A stretch of 64,000 nt of DNA from Vulcanimicrobiota bacterium (GTDB taxonomy: Bacteria; Vulcanimicrobiota; Vulcanimicrobiia; Vulcanimicrobiales; Vulcanimicrobiaceae): positions 1,152,001 to 1,216,000 of the forward strand of contig CAWETW010000003.1 of NCBI GenBank assembly GCA_963812155.1. Direction: 5' to 3'. Position numbers and translations under genes: made by a program. The notes beneath the pieces are model-generated. The model worked only from the letters and a program-made list of their open reading frames with translations, did no database searches and had not been told where the DNA came from. Numbering within the stretch: position 1 is the stretch's first letter; each line of letters opens with the position of its first letter. Positions 41,174 through 50,901 of this stretch are shown here, one piece after another.

Positions 41174-41809
41174 TTGCGGATCGCATATCACGAGGCACTC
41201 GAAAGCACGCGGCTCGACGTCGTTCGACTCGGCGCGCTCGTCGGCGACGCGATTCGCGTCGCGGTCGACGCGCTCAACGGACGCGACGCCGCGGCCGGCG
41301 CTCGCGTCGTCGCCGGCGACGATGCGATCGACGATCTGCGCCGGCGCATCGAAGCGCACTGTATCGAACTGATCTGGCGTCAGCAGCCGGTGGCGGGCGA
41401 GTTGCGCGAAATCGCGGCGATGCTCGAAATAGCGACCGACCTGGAACGCATCGGCGACTATGCGGTCGACATCTCCAAGAACGCGATCAAACTCTCCGAT
41501 CAGGCAATGCGCCCGCAAAAGGTCGAAATCGATCGCATCGCCTCGGTCGCCCACGCAATGCTCCTCGATGCGATGCGCGCCTACACCGAGCGCAATGCCG
41601 CGCTGGCAAGCGACGTGATCGACCGCGACGATCAGGTCGACAAACTCTATAAGCGCAGCATCAAGCTGCTGCAGGAGGAGATGCGCGGCGATCCGGACAT
41701 CGTGCGCCCCGGAACGCGCTACCTCTTCGTGCTCGCGTCGATCGAGCGCGTCGGCGACCGCGCGGGCAACATCGCGTGGCACACGAAGGACATGATCGGC
41801 ACCGAGTGA
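41174..41809 (+). CDS. phoU: phosphate signalling protein PhoU
   Basis: QQPVAGELR, DLERIGDYA, DDQVD, IERVGD.A.NIA. Confidence 0.95.
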   Translation: MRIAYHEALESTRLDVVRLGALVGDAIRVAVDALNGRDAAAGARVVAGDDAIDDLRRRIEAHCIELIWRQQPVAGELREIAAMLEIATDLERIGDYAVDISKNAIKLSDQAMRPQKVEIDRIASVAHAMLLDAMRAYTERNAALASDVIDRDDQVDKLYKRSIKLLQEEMRGDPDIVRPGTRYLFVLASIERVGDRAGNIAWHTKDMIGTE

Positions 41810-42951
41810 GCGCCCCGCTCCCGCGCGAGGAGTTTGCGGTCACCGAGCGCCTCACGTATCTGAACCACGCAGCGGTCGGCATCTTGCCGCGATCCTCCGT
41901 CGAGGCGATCGACGAACTGCTGCACGCGCACGCGCGAGGCGGCGTGCTGGGAACCTGGCCCTACGACGAGCGCATGCCGGAGTCGCGCGAGCGTATCGCA
42001 CGCTTCATCGGCGCAAAAGGGTCCGAGATCGCGACGATTCCGAGTACGAGCATCGGCGCGAGCATCGTCGCGCAAGGGATCGACTGGCGCGAAGGCGACG
42101 AGGTGCTCCTTTGCGACAACGAGTTTCCGGCTAACGCCGTACCGTGGTACGCGCTACGGAATCGCGGCGTCGACGTGCGGCTGCTCTCGACGCGCGAAGA
42201 ACGCCTCACGCCCGATCGTCTGCGGCGGGAAGTGACGGCGCGTACGCGAGCCGTCACCGTATCGTGGGTATCGTACGCCGATGGATACCGGCACGACGTC
42301 GCGGGTTTGAGCGAGGTGGCGCACGCGTCGGGTGCGCTGCTCTGCGTCGATGCGATCCAAGGTCTCGGTGCGCTGCGTTTCAACGTGCGCGACGCCGGGA
42401 TCGACACGCTTTACGCGGGGGCCGGCAAATGGATGCTCGGCCTCCACGGCATCGGATTGCTCTACGTACGCGAAGCGCTGATCGAACGGATTGCGTTAAC
42501 GATGCCGGGCTGGCGTTCGCTCTACGACATGTGGGATTTCCACGCCTACGAGCAACCCTACGCGCCCGAGGCGATGCGCTTCGAGGGCGGCACGCCGAAC
42601 ATCGCCGGCACGCTGTCGCTGGTGAAGTCCATCGAATTATTCGAACGGTATGGACCCGAGGCGATCGAGCGCCACGTCTTGCAGCTCACCGATTATCTCT
42701 GCGATGGGCTGACGCGCGCCGGTGCCGACGTCGTCTCGCCGCGGGGCAGCAGCATCTCCTCGGGGATCGTGACCTTTCGCATGCCGGAGCGCGACAGCGT
42801 CGAATTCGGGCGCGCGCTGCAGCGCGCAGGAATCGTCACGACGTACCGCGCGACCGGCGTGCGCGTGGCCCCGCACGGTTACAATACGACCGAGGACATC
42901 GATCGTTTGGTCGACGCGGCGCGCGCGGTTGCCGCCGCCGAAACTATCTAG
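41806..42951 (+). CDS. class V PLP aminotransferase / cysteine desulfurase-like
   Basis: YLNHAAVG, VDAIQ, GKWMLG, FEGGTPN, RVAPHGYN. Confidence 0.9.
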   Translation: MSAPLPREEFAVTERLTYLNHAAVGILPRSSVEAIDELLHAHARGGVLGTWPYDERMPESRERIARFIGAKGSEIATIPSTSIGASIVAQGIDWREGDEVLLCDNEFPANAVPWYALRNRGVDVRLLSTREERLTPDRLRREVTARTRAVTVSWVSYADGYRHDVAGLSEVAHASGALLCVDAIQGLGALRFNVRDAGIDTLYAGAGKWMLGLHGIGLLYVREALIERIALTMPGWRSLYDMWDFHAYEQPYAPEAMRFEGGTPNIAGTLSLVKSIELFERYGPEAIERHVLQLTDYLCDGLTRAGADVVSPRGSSISSGIVTFRMPERDSVEFGRALQRAGIVTTYRATGVRVAPHGYNTTEDIDRLVDAARAVAAAETI

Positions 42952-44360
42952 GCCGGTTCGGGCGCGCGCACGGCGCACGACGTCATGACCGCGTCGGTCA
43001 TGCCGTGGATCAGCCGTTTATCGGCGGGGGCGACCGTCGCAAGGATGCCGCCGAGCGTCACCTCGTCGTCGCCGGTCGCAAAGTAGTACGGGCAGAGCCG
43101 CGCGCGCCCGTCGAAGGTGCGAATCTCGTCGCTCTCGCGATCGAAATAGCTCTGACGCAGCCGTTTGGCTTTGTGAAAGCTCTGCAGCACGTAGGGCGTC
43201 GCGTCGAACGACGCGAGTGCGGTGTCGATCGTTGCGGCCCACTCCTCTTTGGTGAGGTCGTTGGCAATCTTGACGCCGCGCGATCCCCACGCCAGTTCGG
43301 AAAATCCCGACGGTTTGACGACGTAGTCGCGTTCGCTCTTTCCAAGATCGATCAGGCGGCGAAAATCCGCAACCGGCGCTCCGGCGGCTTCGAGGCCGGC
43401 GATCACGCCTTGCGGCGGAAGCGGACGCGGATCCATCACCCACGTCTTCGGAAAAATCGCGTGCAGGCGCTCGAAGCGTTCCTTTCCGAGCTCGCCGATC
43501 CACAACGGCGCCAGCGCGTAGTGATGGAAAAGCGCGAACGAAAGTTTCTCTTCGAGGTTGGCTTTCGGCGGCGGCGTCATCTTCACGCGGTTGTGGCGCG
43601 CGGCGTAGAGCATGAGTTCTTGCTTGGGCACGTTGAACAGATCGAACATTTCGAAGTTGCGATAGATCGCATCTAAACGCTCCTCGCGTCCGTCTTCGTG
43701 CCGGATAAAGAGTCCCGCCTCGGTGAAATAGATCTCGCCCGGTTCGCGCAGCCACGCATCGGCGACGCCGAGACGCCGCAATGCGTCGGCCAGCCAGCCC
43801 ATCTCGCTTCGGTAGTCGGCCGATTCGTCCGAAACGACGATTGCGACGACTGGGCGCTCGACGTGCGTCAGGTGGCGCAGCATCGCGGCGAAGCCTTTGG
43901 GAATGCCGTCGGCTCCGCCGGCGCTCTCGATGCCGAGGTGGCAGTACGCCTCCGTCGTCGCACCGACGAATCCCATGCCGCCCGGCACGCTGTCGAGTTC
44001 GGTTGCGACGAATCCGTCGCCGGTCATCATCAAGTCCGGACGAATGATCGCCGGAATTTCCTGCTTGAAGCGGTTTTGCCGCGCAAGTTTGACGATACGT
44101 TCAGGCTTACCGCGATCGAGGTATTCCGCGATGAACGCCGGAGCGGTTCCGCGCGCGCTGCGATTGTACAGGTTGTTGAGGGCTCGATAAAACGCGAGCA
44201 GATCGTGGCCGAGGCGTTCGATTTCCGCAAACTGCTCGGCCGATAATGCAAACGGCTCGGGGCTGATGCGCCATGCGACCCGATCTTGCTCGTCGGCGAC
44301 CCGGAAGAGCCCGGGCTGTATCGCTTCGTAAAGGTGGCGCGCTTGCTCCCGAACCGTCAT
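42948..44360 (-). CDS. ATP-grasp-like (glutathione/glutathionylspermidine synthetase-like) protein; alternative start 44387
   Basis: IRPDLM...FVATELDSVPGG, YVVKPSG, WGSRGV, YVLQ, RLCPYY. Confidence 0.65.
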   Translation of the reverse strand: MTVREQARHLYEAIQPGLFRVADEQDRVAWRISPEPFALSAEQFAEIERLGHDLLAFYRALNNLYNRSARGTAPAFIAEYLDRGKPERIVKLARQNRFKQEIPAIIRPDLMMTGDGFVATELDSVPGGMGFVGATTEAYCHLGIESAGGADGIPKGFAAMLRHLTHVERPVVAIVVSDESADYRSEMGWLADALRRLGVADAWLREPGEIYFTEAGLFIRHEDGREERLDAIYRNFEMFDLFNVPKQELMLYAARHNRVKMTPPPKANLEEKLSFALFHHYALAPLWIGELGKERFERLHAIFPKTWVMDPRPLPPQGVIAGLEAAGAPVADFRRLIDLGKSERDYVVKPSGFSELAWGSRGVKIANDLTKEEWAATIDTALASFDATPYVLQSFHKAKRLRQSYFDRESDEIRTFDGRARLCPYYFATGDDEVTLGGILATVAPADKRLIHGMTDAVMTSCAVRAPEPA

Positions 44361-44394
44361 GTCGGGGTGAATAGCCGTGCACGGCATGAAGACC

Positions 44395-44460
44395 TTATGC
44401 CCTCCGTCGACAGCCGTCGGGGACTTTGGCGTTGCGCAAGGCGATGTAGAGTCGGCGCAT
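44395..44460 (-). other. possible 21-aa uORF MRRLYIALRNAKVPDGCRRRA
   Basis: ATG 44460 to TAA 44395 in a structured intergenic region; weak SD. Confidence 0.35.
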
Positions 44461-44522
44461 AGATATCTCGGGCTTATAAAATGCCCATCCGGCCCGAGGG
44501 GTTGCAACCGCCGGCTGCCGGG

Positions 44523-44921
44523 CTATTTGATGGTGATGGCTCCGGGGGTCAGGAGCGCCCCTTCGACGCGCACCTCACCGTAGGCGAAAACGAGCGTGAG
44601 ATGGAGCACGCCGGGCATGCCGAGGCGGCCGAGCTGGACGTTTTCGAGGACCCTCGAGACGCCCTCGCCGCCGACGAAACGCAGCTCGCGCCGGCGGCCG
44701 AACGAGCCGCCCGGTGCTGCGTAGGATGACGTGACCGGGACGATGAGCTCGTCGCCTTCATAGCGCGGCGGCGCGGCCACGCAGTAGACGACGGTCACGG
44801 GAGTGCCCGCAACGGGCAGCGTTTCTTGCGTGCAGCCGGGAGGCGCCGCGGCACCGCGAACCGGCCAGCCCGCAGCGAGGGCGAGCAGCACGGCGATCGA
44901 GCGAGCGATCCTTCCGGCCAT
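44523..44921 (-). CDS. hypothetical secreted protein
   Basis: signal peptide, two Cys, beta-rich, ends ALLTPGAITIK. Confidence 0.65.
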   Translation of the reverse strand: MAGRIARSIAVLLALAAGWPVRGAAAPPGCTQETLPVAGTPVTVVYCVAAPPRYEGDELIVPVTSSYAAPGGSFGRRRELRFVGGEGVSRVLENVQLGRLGMPGVLHLTLVFAYGEVRVEGALLTPGAITIK

Positions 44922-44979
44922 CTTCGTTTCGGGATTCGGCTCGAAGAAAGCCCGGACCCGCCGGAGTATAGGGTGCGTC

Positions 44980-45771
44980 GTGCCGCTGCCGATCGACCTC
45001 ATCGCCCTCGACCTCGACGGGACGCTCCTCGACGAACGCGACGGCATCTCGCCGGAAAACCGGCGGGCGGTTCGCAGAGCGCTCGATGCGGGCGTGCGCG
45101 TCGTCCTCGTCACGGGACGCGGCGCCGATGCCGCCGCGCGTGTCGTGCACGAACTCAATCTCAACCTTCCGGCTATCTGCGCGCATGGCGCGCTCACCAA
45201 GGATTTTCTTTCGGGACGCACGCTCGGCCACATCCCCGTTCCGCTCGCGCACGCGCTGCCGATGGTGCGCTACGCCGAGGATCACCACTTAGACGTCGTG
45301 GTCTATCTCGAGGAACGCTTCTTGCGCCTGAAGGGGACGACGCTGTACATGGAAGACATGTGCGGCCCGCATTGGCGCGAAGTTCGTTCGCTCAGCGAAG
45401 CGCTCACCTTCGCGCCGACGCTCGTGCGTTTCATGGGACGGCGCGCGGCCCAACAGATGCGCGAAGTCTTCGCGCATCTTCCGCTCCACTTTAAGAACGA
45501 AATCTGGGGCGATTTCGAAGAGTGTGCGGTGACGAGTCCCGAGGCAACGAAGGAAAACGCGCTCGCGCGCCTGTGTGGAGACTTGGAAATTCCCGCGGCG
45601 CGCGTGCTCGCCATCGGGGACTCGCCAAACGACGTGCCGATGCTGCGTTGGGCGGGGATCGGCGTCGCCATGGGAAACGCGCCGGCCGGCGTCCGCGAAA
45701 CCGTCGGCCGCGTGACGGCGGCCTGCGAATGCGACGGCGTCGCACGTGCGATCGAGCGGTACCTGCGATGA
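44980..45771 (+). CDS. Cof-type HAD-IIB hydrolase
   Basis: DLDGTLL, VTGR, TK..AL, IGDSPNDVPML, AMGNA. Confidence 0.92.
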   Translation: MPLPIDLIALDLDGTLLDERDGISPENRRAVRRALDAGVRVVLVTGRGADAAARVVHELNLNLPAICAHGALTKDFLSGRTLGHIPVPLAHALPMVRYAEDHHLDVVVYLEERFLRLKGTTLYMEDMCGPHWREVRSLSEALTFAPTLVRFMGRRAAQQMREVFAHLPLHFKNEIWGDFEECAVTSPEATKENALARLCGDLEIPAARVLAIGDSPNDVPMLRWAGIGVAMGNAPAGVRETVGRVTAACECDGVARAIERYLR

Positions 45772-46013
45772 CGGTGCGCGTGCTGGCGTTCGCGCGTGCG
45801 CGAGAGGTGCTGCCCCCCGGCGACTTCACGTTGGAACTTCCCGAGGGCGTGCGCGTCGCCGACGCCTGGACGGCGCTGCTGCGCGACGTGCCCGCGCTGC
45901 GCGATTTCGCCGCAACGATTCGCATCGCGCGCAACGGCCGCATCGCCGAGCCGCACGAGCCGCTGGAATCCGGCGACGAACTCGCGCTGCTGCCGCCGGT
46001 CGGGGGCGGTTGA
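45768..46013 (+). CDS. moaD: molybdopterin synthase sulfur carrier
   Basis: VRVLAFA..RE, GDELALLPPVGGG C-terminal GG. Confidence 0.9.
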   Translation: MTVRVLAFARAREVLPPGDFTLELPEGVRVADAWTALLRDVPALRDFAATIRIARNGRIAEPHEPLESGDELALLPPVGGG

Positions 46014-46016
46014 CGC

Positions 46017-46433
46017 GTGCTCGCCATCGCTGCCGGCCCTATCGACCCGCTCGCCTTCGTCGCGGCATTCGGCGGCGACGGTGGAGGCGTCGTAACGTTT
46101 TTCGGGGCGGTGCGCGCGCGTGCCGGCGACGGCCGGCAAGTGGAAGGCCTGACCTACGAAGCGTACGAACCGATGGCGCTGCGCGAGTTCGAGGCAATCG
46201 CCGGCGAAGCACGCGAGCGTTTCGGCGCGCTGCGCATCGCTATCGTTCATCGCACCGGCGATGCGTATCCCGGCGAGGTGACGATCGCCGTGGCGGCGGC
46301 CGCCGCACATCGCGATGCCGCGTTTGCGGCCTGCCGGTTTACCGTCGACGAAGTCAAACGGCGCGCACCCATTTGGAAAAAAGAGCGGTACGCCGGCGGC
46401 GGCGCCGAGTGGAAAGAGAATCGCGTTGGCTAA
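46017..46433 (+). CDS. moaE: molybdopterin synthase catalytic subunit
   Basis: F.G.VR, YEAYEPMA, HR.G, HR..AF, PIWKKE. Confidence 0.95.
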   Translation: MLAIAAGPIDPLAFVAAFGGDGGGVVTFFGAVRARAGDGRQVEGLTYEAYEPMALREFEAIAGEARERFGALRIAIVHRTGDAYPGEVTIAVAAAAAHRDAAFAACRFTVDEVKRRAPIWKKERYAGGGAEWKENRVG

Positions 46434-47151
46434 CGTCGAGCTCTTCAACGTTGCGGGCGAGCGCAACCGCGTCGCGGTGTTGTGGTACGCGCCGCGCAGG
46501 CCGCGCGGCGTCGCGATCGTTGCCGGCCACGGCTATTCCTCGAGCAAACACAATCTCGATTTCTTGTGTTCGTTTCTCGCGGCGCACGGATTCGGCGTCT
46601 ACAACCTCGACTTTCCGGGACACAAACTGGGCGCGAGCGGCGGCGCGCTGCGCGGCGTCGACGACTGTATCGATGCGATGTCGTCAACGGTGCGTTTCGC
46701 GCGCGAACGCGGCGATACCGGCGTCTACGCGCTCGGCCATAGCATGGGCGGAATGACGGCGGTGTTTACCGCGGCGCTCGACCCCGCGATTGCCGGAACG
46801 ATCGCGATTGCGACCGGCTACGGGCGGCCGACGTCGCTGACGACCTTGCGCCAGGCGGGTGCGACGGACTTCCGTTCGTCGTACGTCAACGGCGTGAGCT
46901 TGCCCGAACTCGTCGAAGGCGCCGACGAACGCTACGCCGCCATGTTGCCGCGGCTGGCCGGCAGACCCGCGCTCTACGTCGCGGCATCGCACGACGCCAT
47001 GGTGAACGAATCGAGCGTGCGCGAACTCTACGACCGTGCGCCCGATCCCAAAACATTTGCACTCATCGACAGCGACCACACCTACGCCGGCGAACGCGCT
47101 CGGGCGACGGTGCTCGAGTGGCTGAACGCTCTGCATCCGCGCGAAGCGTGA
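46426..47151 (+). CDS. alpha/beta hydrolase
   Basis: HGYSS, DFPGH, GHSMGG, SDHTY. Confidence 0.9.
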   Translation: MANVELFNVAGERNRVAVLWYAPRRPRGVAIVAGHGYSSSKHNLDFLCSFLAAHGFGVYNLDFPGHKLGASGGALRGVDDCIDAMSSTVRFARERGDTGVYALGHSMGGMTAVFTAALDPAIAGTIAIATGYGRPTSLTTLRQAGATDFRSSYVNGVSLPELVEGADERYAAMLPRLAGRPALYVAASHDAMVNESSVRELYDRAPDPKTFALIDSDHTYAGERARATVLEWLNALHPREA

Positions 47152-48260
47152 CGCCGCTCGACTCGCGCGCGCTGCGCCGCTATAGCCGTCACCTGTTGGT
47201 GCCGGAGATTGGTCTGCGCGGACAGGAACGGCTCGCGGCGGGACGCGTGCTCGTGGTCGGCGCCGGCGGCCTAGGCTCGCCTGCGCTGCAATACCTCGCG
47301 GCCGCCGGCGTCGGACGAATCGGCATCGCCGACGGCGACCGTGTCGACGAAACCAATCTGCAGCGCCAAACCATCTTCGCGACGTCCGACGTCGGCCGCA
47401 ATAAGGCGCAGGCCGCCGCCGAACGCGTGCGCGCGCTCAATCCCCTCGTCGCGGTTGATGAAATCGCGATCGACGTCGACCAGCATAACGTGCAGGATCT
47501 GGTGCGCCTCTACGACGCCGTCCTGGATTGCACGGATCGCTTCGAAACGCGTTACCTGCTCAACGACGCGTGCGTGCTCGAACGAAAGCCCGACGTCTAC
47601 GGATCGATTTTTCGTTTCGACGGGCAGGTCAGCGTCTTCGCCTTTGCCGGAGGTCCGTGCTACCGGTGTCTCTATCCCGAAGCGCCCGAGCCCGGAAGCG
47701 TGCCGAGTTGCGCGGAAGGCGGCGTGATGGGCGCGCTGGCGGGCATCGTTGGCGCGTGGCAGGCGAGCGAGACGCTTAAAGTGCTCCTCGGCATCGGCGA
47801 ACCGCTCGCCGGCCGCCTGATGCTCGTCGAAACGCTCGCCGCCCGAACGCGCGAAGTGCGGTTCGAGCGCGATCGCAGCTGTGCGGTCTGCGGCGAGCGT
47901 CCTACGATTACACGCGCCGAAACCATTGCGTTTGCGGACGACTCCGGTGCCGGCATCGAAGAGGTCGAGCCGGAGTCGCTCGAGCGTGCGTTGGACGGCG
48001 CGCTGCTGCTCGACGTGCGAGAACCGCACGAAGCCGTGCTGGGCACGCTCGGGGGCGCGGTCGAAATTCCGGCAAGCCAACTCGAGGCGCGCATGCACGA
48101 ACTCGATACGGCCAAGCGCTACATCGTGGCATGCCGCGTCGGCGTGAAGTCGCGTTGGGCCGTACGGCGCCTGCGTGAGGCGGGCTTTGGAAGGTTGTCG
48201 CATCTGCGCGGAGGCCTCCTGGCCTACGCCGCGCAACGTCCCGACTTCGAATTCTACTGA
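47148..48260 (+). CDS. moeB: molybdopterin-synthase adenylyltransferase with rhodanese domain (MoeB/MoeZ)
   Basis: RYSRH, GAGGLGSP, NLQRQ, CYRC, CAVC, LDVREP, CRVG. Confidence 0.93.
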   Translation: MTPLDSRALRRYSRHLLVPEIGLRGQERLAAGRVLVVGAGGLGSPALQYLAAAGVGRIGIADGDRVDETNLQRQTIFATSDVGRNKAQAAAERVRALNPLVAVDEIAIDVDQHNVQDLVRLYDAVLDCTDRFETRYLLNDACVLERKPDVYGSIFRFDGQVSVFAFAGGPCYRCLYPEAPEPGSVPSCAEGGVMGALAGIVGAWQASETLKVLLGIGEPLAGRLMLVETLAARTREVRFERDRSCAVCGERPTITRAETIAFADDSGAGIEEVEPESLERALDGALLLDVREPHEAVLGTLGGAVEIPASQLEARMHELDTAKRYIVACRVGVKSRWAVRRLREAGFGRLSHLRGGLLAYAAQRPDFEFY

Positions 48261-48275
48261 TTTCGAAGACTGAAG

Positions 48276-49127
48276 ATGAAGAGAAGAGCGTTCGGCGCAA
48301 CGGGCGTCCAGGTAGCGGTCGTCGGACAGGGCACGTGGGACGTTCCCGAACGCGGCGCGCGCGCCGAAGAGGCGCGGCACGCGCTGCGGCTGGGCATCGA
48401 ACTCGGCATGACGCACGTCGATACGGCAGAGATGTACGGATCGGGACGCGTCGAGGAACTCGTGCGCGAAGCCATTGCCGGCGTGCCGCGCGAGTCGCTC
48501 TTCATCGCGACCAAAGTGCTTCCCGGCAACGCACACTTTCGAGGAACGCTCGCCGCGGCCGAACGCAGCCTCGCGCGCCTGGGACTCGACTACGTCGATC
48601 TCTACATGCTGCATTGGCAAGGGGAACATCCGCTCGAAGAAACGATGCGCGCCCTCGAGCGGCTGGTGCACGACGGCAAGACGCGATTCGTCGGCGTGAG
48701 CAACTTCGATGTAGACGAGATGCTCGAGGCCGCGTCGTATCTGGGTTCGATTCCGCTCGCCTGCAATCAGGTGCTCTACCACGTGAACGAACGCGGCGCC
48801 GAGCATCGCGTGATCCCGGCCGCACGCGAACGTGGAATTGCGATCGTCGCGTACACGCCCTTCGGACGCGGAGGATTTCCCCGTGCGCAAGCGGCGGCCG
48901 GAGGTGTGCTCGACGGCGTCGCGCGCAAACACGGCGCGACGCCGCGCCAGGTGATTCTCGCGTTTCTCACGCGCGAACCTCACGTCTTTACGATACCGAA
49001 GGCGTCGCGCCTCGAGCACGTGCGCGAAAACGCGGGGGCGGGAGATCTGACGCTCGACGATGCCGACGTCGCAGCGATCGATGCAGCGTTTCCGTTGGGC
49101 GCGCCCGCGCCGCTGGCCTCGTTATAA
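48276..49127 (+). CDS. aldo/keto reductase
   Basis: DTAEMYG, DLYMLHW, GVSNF, NQVLY, IPKAS. Confidence 0.93.
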   Translation: MKRRAFGATGVQVAVVGQGTWDVPERGARAEEARHALRLGIELGMTHVDTAEMYGSGRVEELVREAIAGVPRESLFIATKVLPGNAHFRGTLAAAERSLARLGLDYVDLYMLHWQGEHPLEETMRALERLVHDGKTRFVGVSNFDVDEMLEAASYLGSIPLACNQVLYHVNERGAEHRVIPAARERGIAIVAYTPFGRGGFPRAQAAAGGVLDGVARKHGATPRQVILAFLTREPHVFTIPKASRLEHVRENAGAGDLTLDDADVAAIDAAFPLGAPAPLASL

Positions 49128-49144
49128 GAGAAACGACGGCGCGG

Positions 49145-50284
49145 ATGAATCCGGTGGAATTGAAATCCTTGGCGATTGCGACGGCGCAATCGCTGGGAGC
49201 CGCTGAGGTGCGCGTCACCGAGGCCGCTGCCGACGGCGAGTCGCGCCGGCGCATGCGAGCGTCGTTTGAACGCGGCGACCTCGCGACGTGGCCCTACGAC
49301 GGCGCCTACGCCGATCGCGCGAACGATCCGCGCGCGCTGCTCGACGGCGCGCGCAGCGTCGTCTGCTTAGCGTTCGCCTACGCGACCCCACCGCCGCGGC
49401 AGCGTCCGTTACGCGGCCGCGTCTCCAACTACGCGTGGTCGCGCGACTATCACCGGCGCGTGCGCGCGGCGCTCGACGGCGTAGCCCAAGCGCTCGACGC
49501 GGCTGCGGGGGAGCGCGTAACGGCGGTCGCGTGCGACACCCGTCCGCTCGCCGAACGCGCGCTTGCCGCTCGCGCGGGAGTCGGCTGGATCGGCAAACAC
49601 ACGAACCTCATCTCGCCGTCACGTGGATCGTTCGTTTTTCTCGGCGAGGTGGTCACGACGCTCGCGCTGCCGCCCGACGCGCCGCTGCGCAAAAGCTGCG
49701 GCGCCTGCGCGCGTTGCGTCGACGTGTGCCCGACGCAGGCGCTGCGGGGCGACTACACGATTGATGCGACCCGCTGCATCGCCGACCTGACGCAGCGCAC
49801 CGACGGAATTCCTCGCCGGCTGCGTCCGCTCGTCGGCGACTGGGTGTGGGGCTGCGACCTTTGCCAACTCGCATGTCCGCCGACACAGGCTGCAGGCAAC
49901 GCCGGCGACGCGAGCGCCGACGCGCCGCTGGACGACGAGACCGCGCGGCCGTCGCTGACGGCACTCCTGCGTCTGCGCAGCGGCGACTTCAAACGGCGTT
50001 TCGCGCGAACGGCAATGGGATGGCGTGGCGGCGCCGTGTTGCGGCGCAACGCCGCGGTCGCACTGGGGAACGCGCTCGACCGTTCCGCGGTTCCCGCGCT
50101 CGCGTTAGCGCTGCATGAAGATTCTCATCCGATGGTGCGCGGCCACGCAGCCTGGGCGCTCGGCCGCATCGGCGCTCCCAGCGCGCTCACAGCCCTGCGG
50201 CAACGATATGCGGTAGAGAAGGACGCCGGCGTGCTCGAAGAGATCCACACGGCACTCGAACCCTTCCAGCCGGGAGATGCATGA
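49145..50284 (+). CDS. queG: epoxyqueuosine reductase with C-terminal HEAT repeat
   Basis: YAW.RDYH, GWIGKH, CGACARCVDVCPT, RCI, WGCDLCQLACP, HAAWALG. Confidence 0.95.
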   Translation: MNPVELKSLAIATAQSLGAAEVRVTEAAADGESRRRMRASFERGDLATWPYDGAYADRANDPRALLDGARSVVCLAFAYATPPPRQRPLRGRVSNYAWSRDYHRRVRAALDGVAQALDAAAGERVTAVACDTRPLAERALAARAGVGWIGKHTNLISPSRGSFVFLGEVVTTLALPPDAPLRKSCGACARCVDVCPTQALRGDYTIDATRCIADLTQRTDGIPRRLRPLVGDWVWGCDLCQLACPPTQAAGNAGDASADAPLDDETARPSLTALLRLRSGDFKRRFARTAMGWRGGAVLRRNAAVALGNALDRSAVPALALALHEDSHPMVRGHAAWALGRIGAPSALTALRQRYAVEKDAGVLEEIHTALEPFQPGDA

Positions 50285-50901
50285 AACGAATTCTTGCCGC
50301 GATCGCGGTCCTCGCCCTGAACGCCGGCGCGCTGCGCGCAGCGGCCGCCTCGGATTTGCTCGACCGCATGGCCGCGGCCAATCCGGGGCTGCGCACGTTC
50401 ACGGCGACGATGCACGCAAACGTAACCCTGAAGACCTTTCCGTTCCTCAGCGTGCAGCTGGTCGGAACGTACTATCACAAGGAGCCCGATCAGAATAAAG
50501 TGGTCTTCACCAGCGGCGTGCCCGCAGTCGCCGAGCAGTTCGACAAACTCTACGCGCACGTCGAGCCTCCGTCGCGCTGGCGCGACCTCTATCAGGTGAC
50601 GGTGGTTTCGGACGACGGAACGACCACGACGTACCGGCTGGTCCCACGCAAGCCCGGAAACGTCGATCACGTCGAAGCGCGCGCCGACGACAAGAGCGCG
50701 ACCGTTTCGTCGATGCGGTGGTATTACGGCAACGGCGGCTACGCCGAAATGAACGATCGCTACGGCAAGGCCGGCGATGCCGTCGTGGTGACCTCGCAAA
50801 CCGGCCACGTTCAAGAACCCGGGTATACCGCCGACATCACGTCGACGATCGACGGATATAAGATCAACGCCGACATTCCGGATTCGGTGTTCACGCAATA
50901 A
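50281..50901 (+). CDS. secreted LolA-like fold protein
   Basis: signal peptide; beta pattern, YRLVPR, ends NADIPDSVF like LolA-type carriers. Confidence 0.6.
   Translation: MKRILAAIAVLALNAGALRAAAASDLLDRMAAANPGLRTFTATMHANVTLKTFPFLSVQLVGTYYHKEPDQNKVVFTSGVPAVAEQFDKLYAHVEPPSRWRDLYQVTVVSDDGTTTTYRLVPRKPGNVDHVEARADDKSATVSSMRWYYGNGGYAEMNDRYGKAGDAVVVTSQTGHVQEPGYTADITSTIDGYKINADIPDSVFTQ

Noticed and set aside
19563..44387. 12-bp match CGTGCACGGCAT shared by the two putative leader regions (19563 and 44376)
   Set aside because: Opposite orientation relative to transcription and different position; may be chance
44364..44528. 6S RNA or c-di-AMP (ydaO) riboswitch call
   Set aside because: The closing stem and GGGGTGAAT are suggestive, but the other consensus segments are not recognisable; left as unassigned structure
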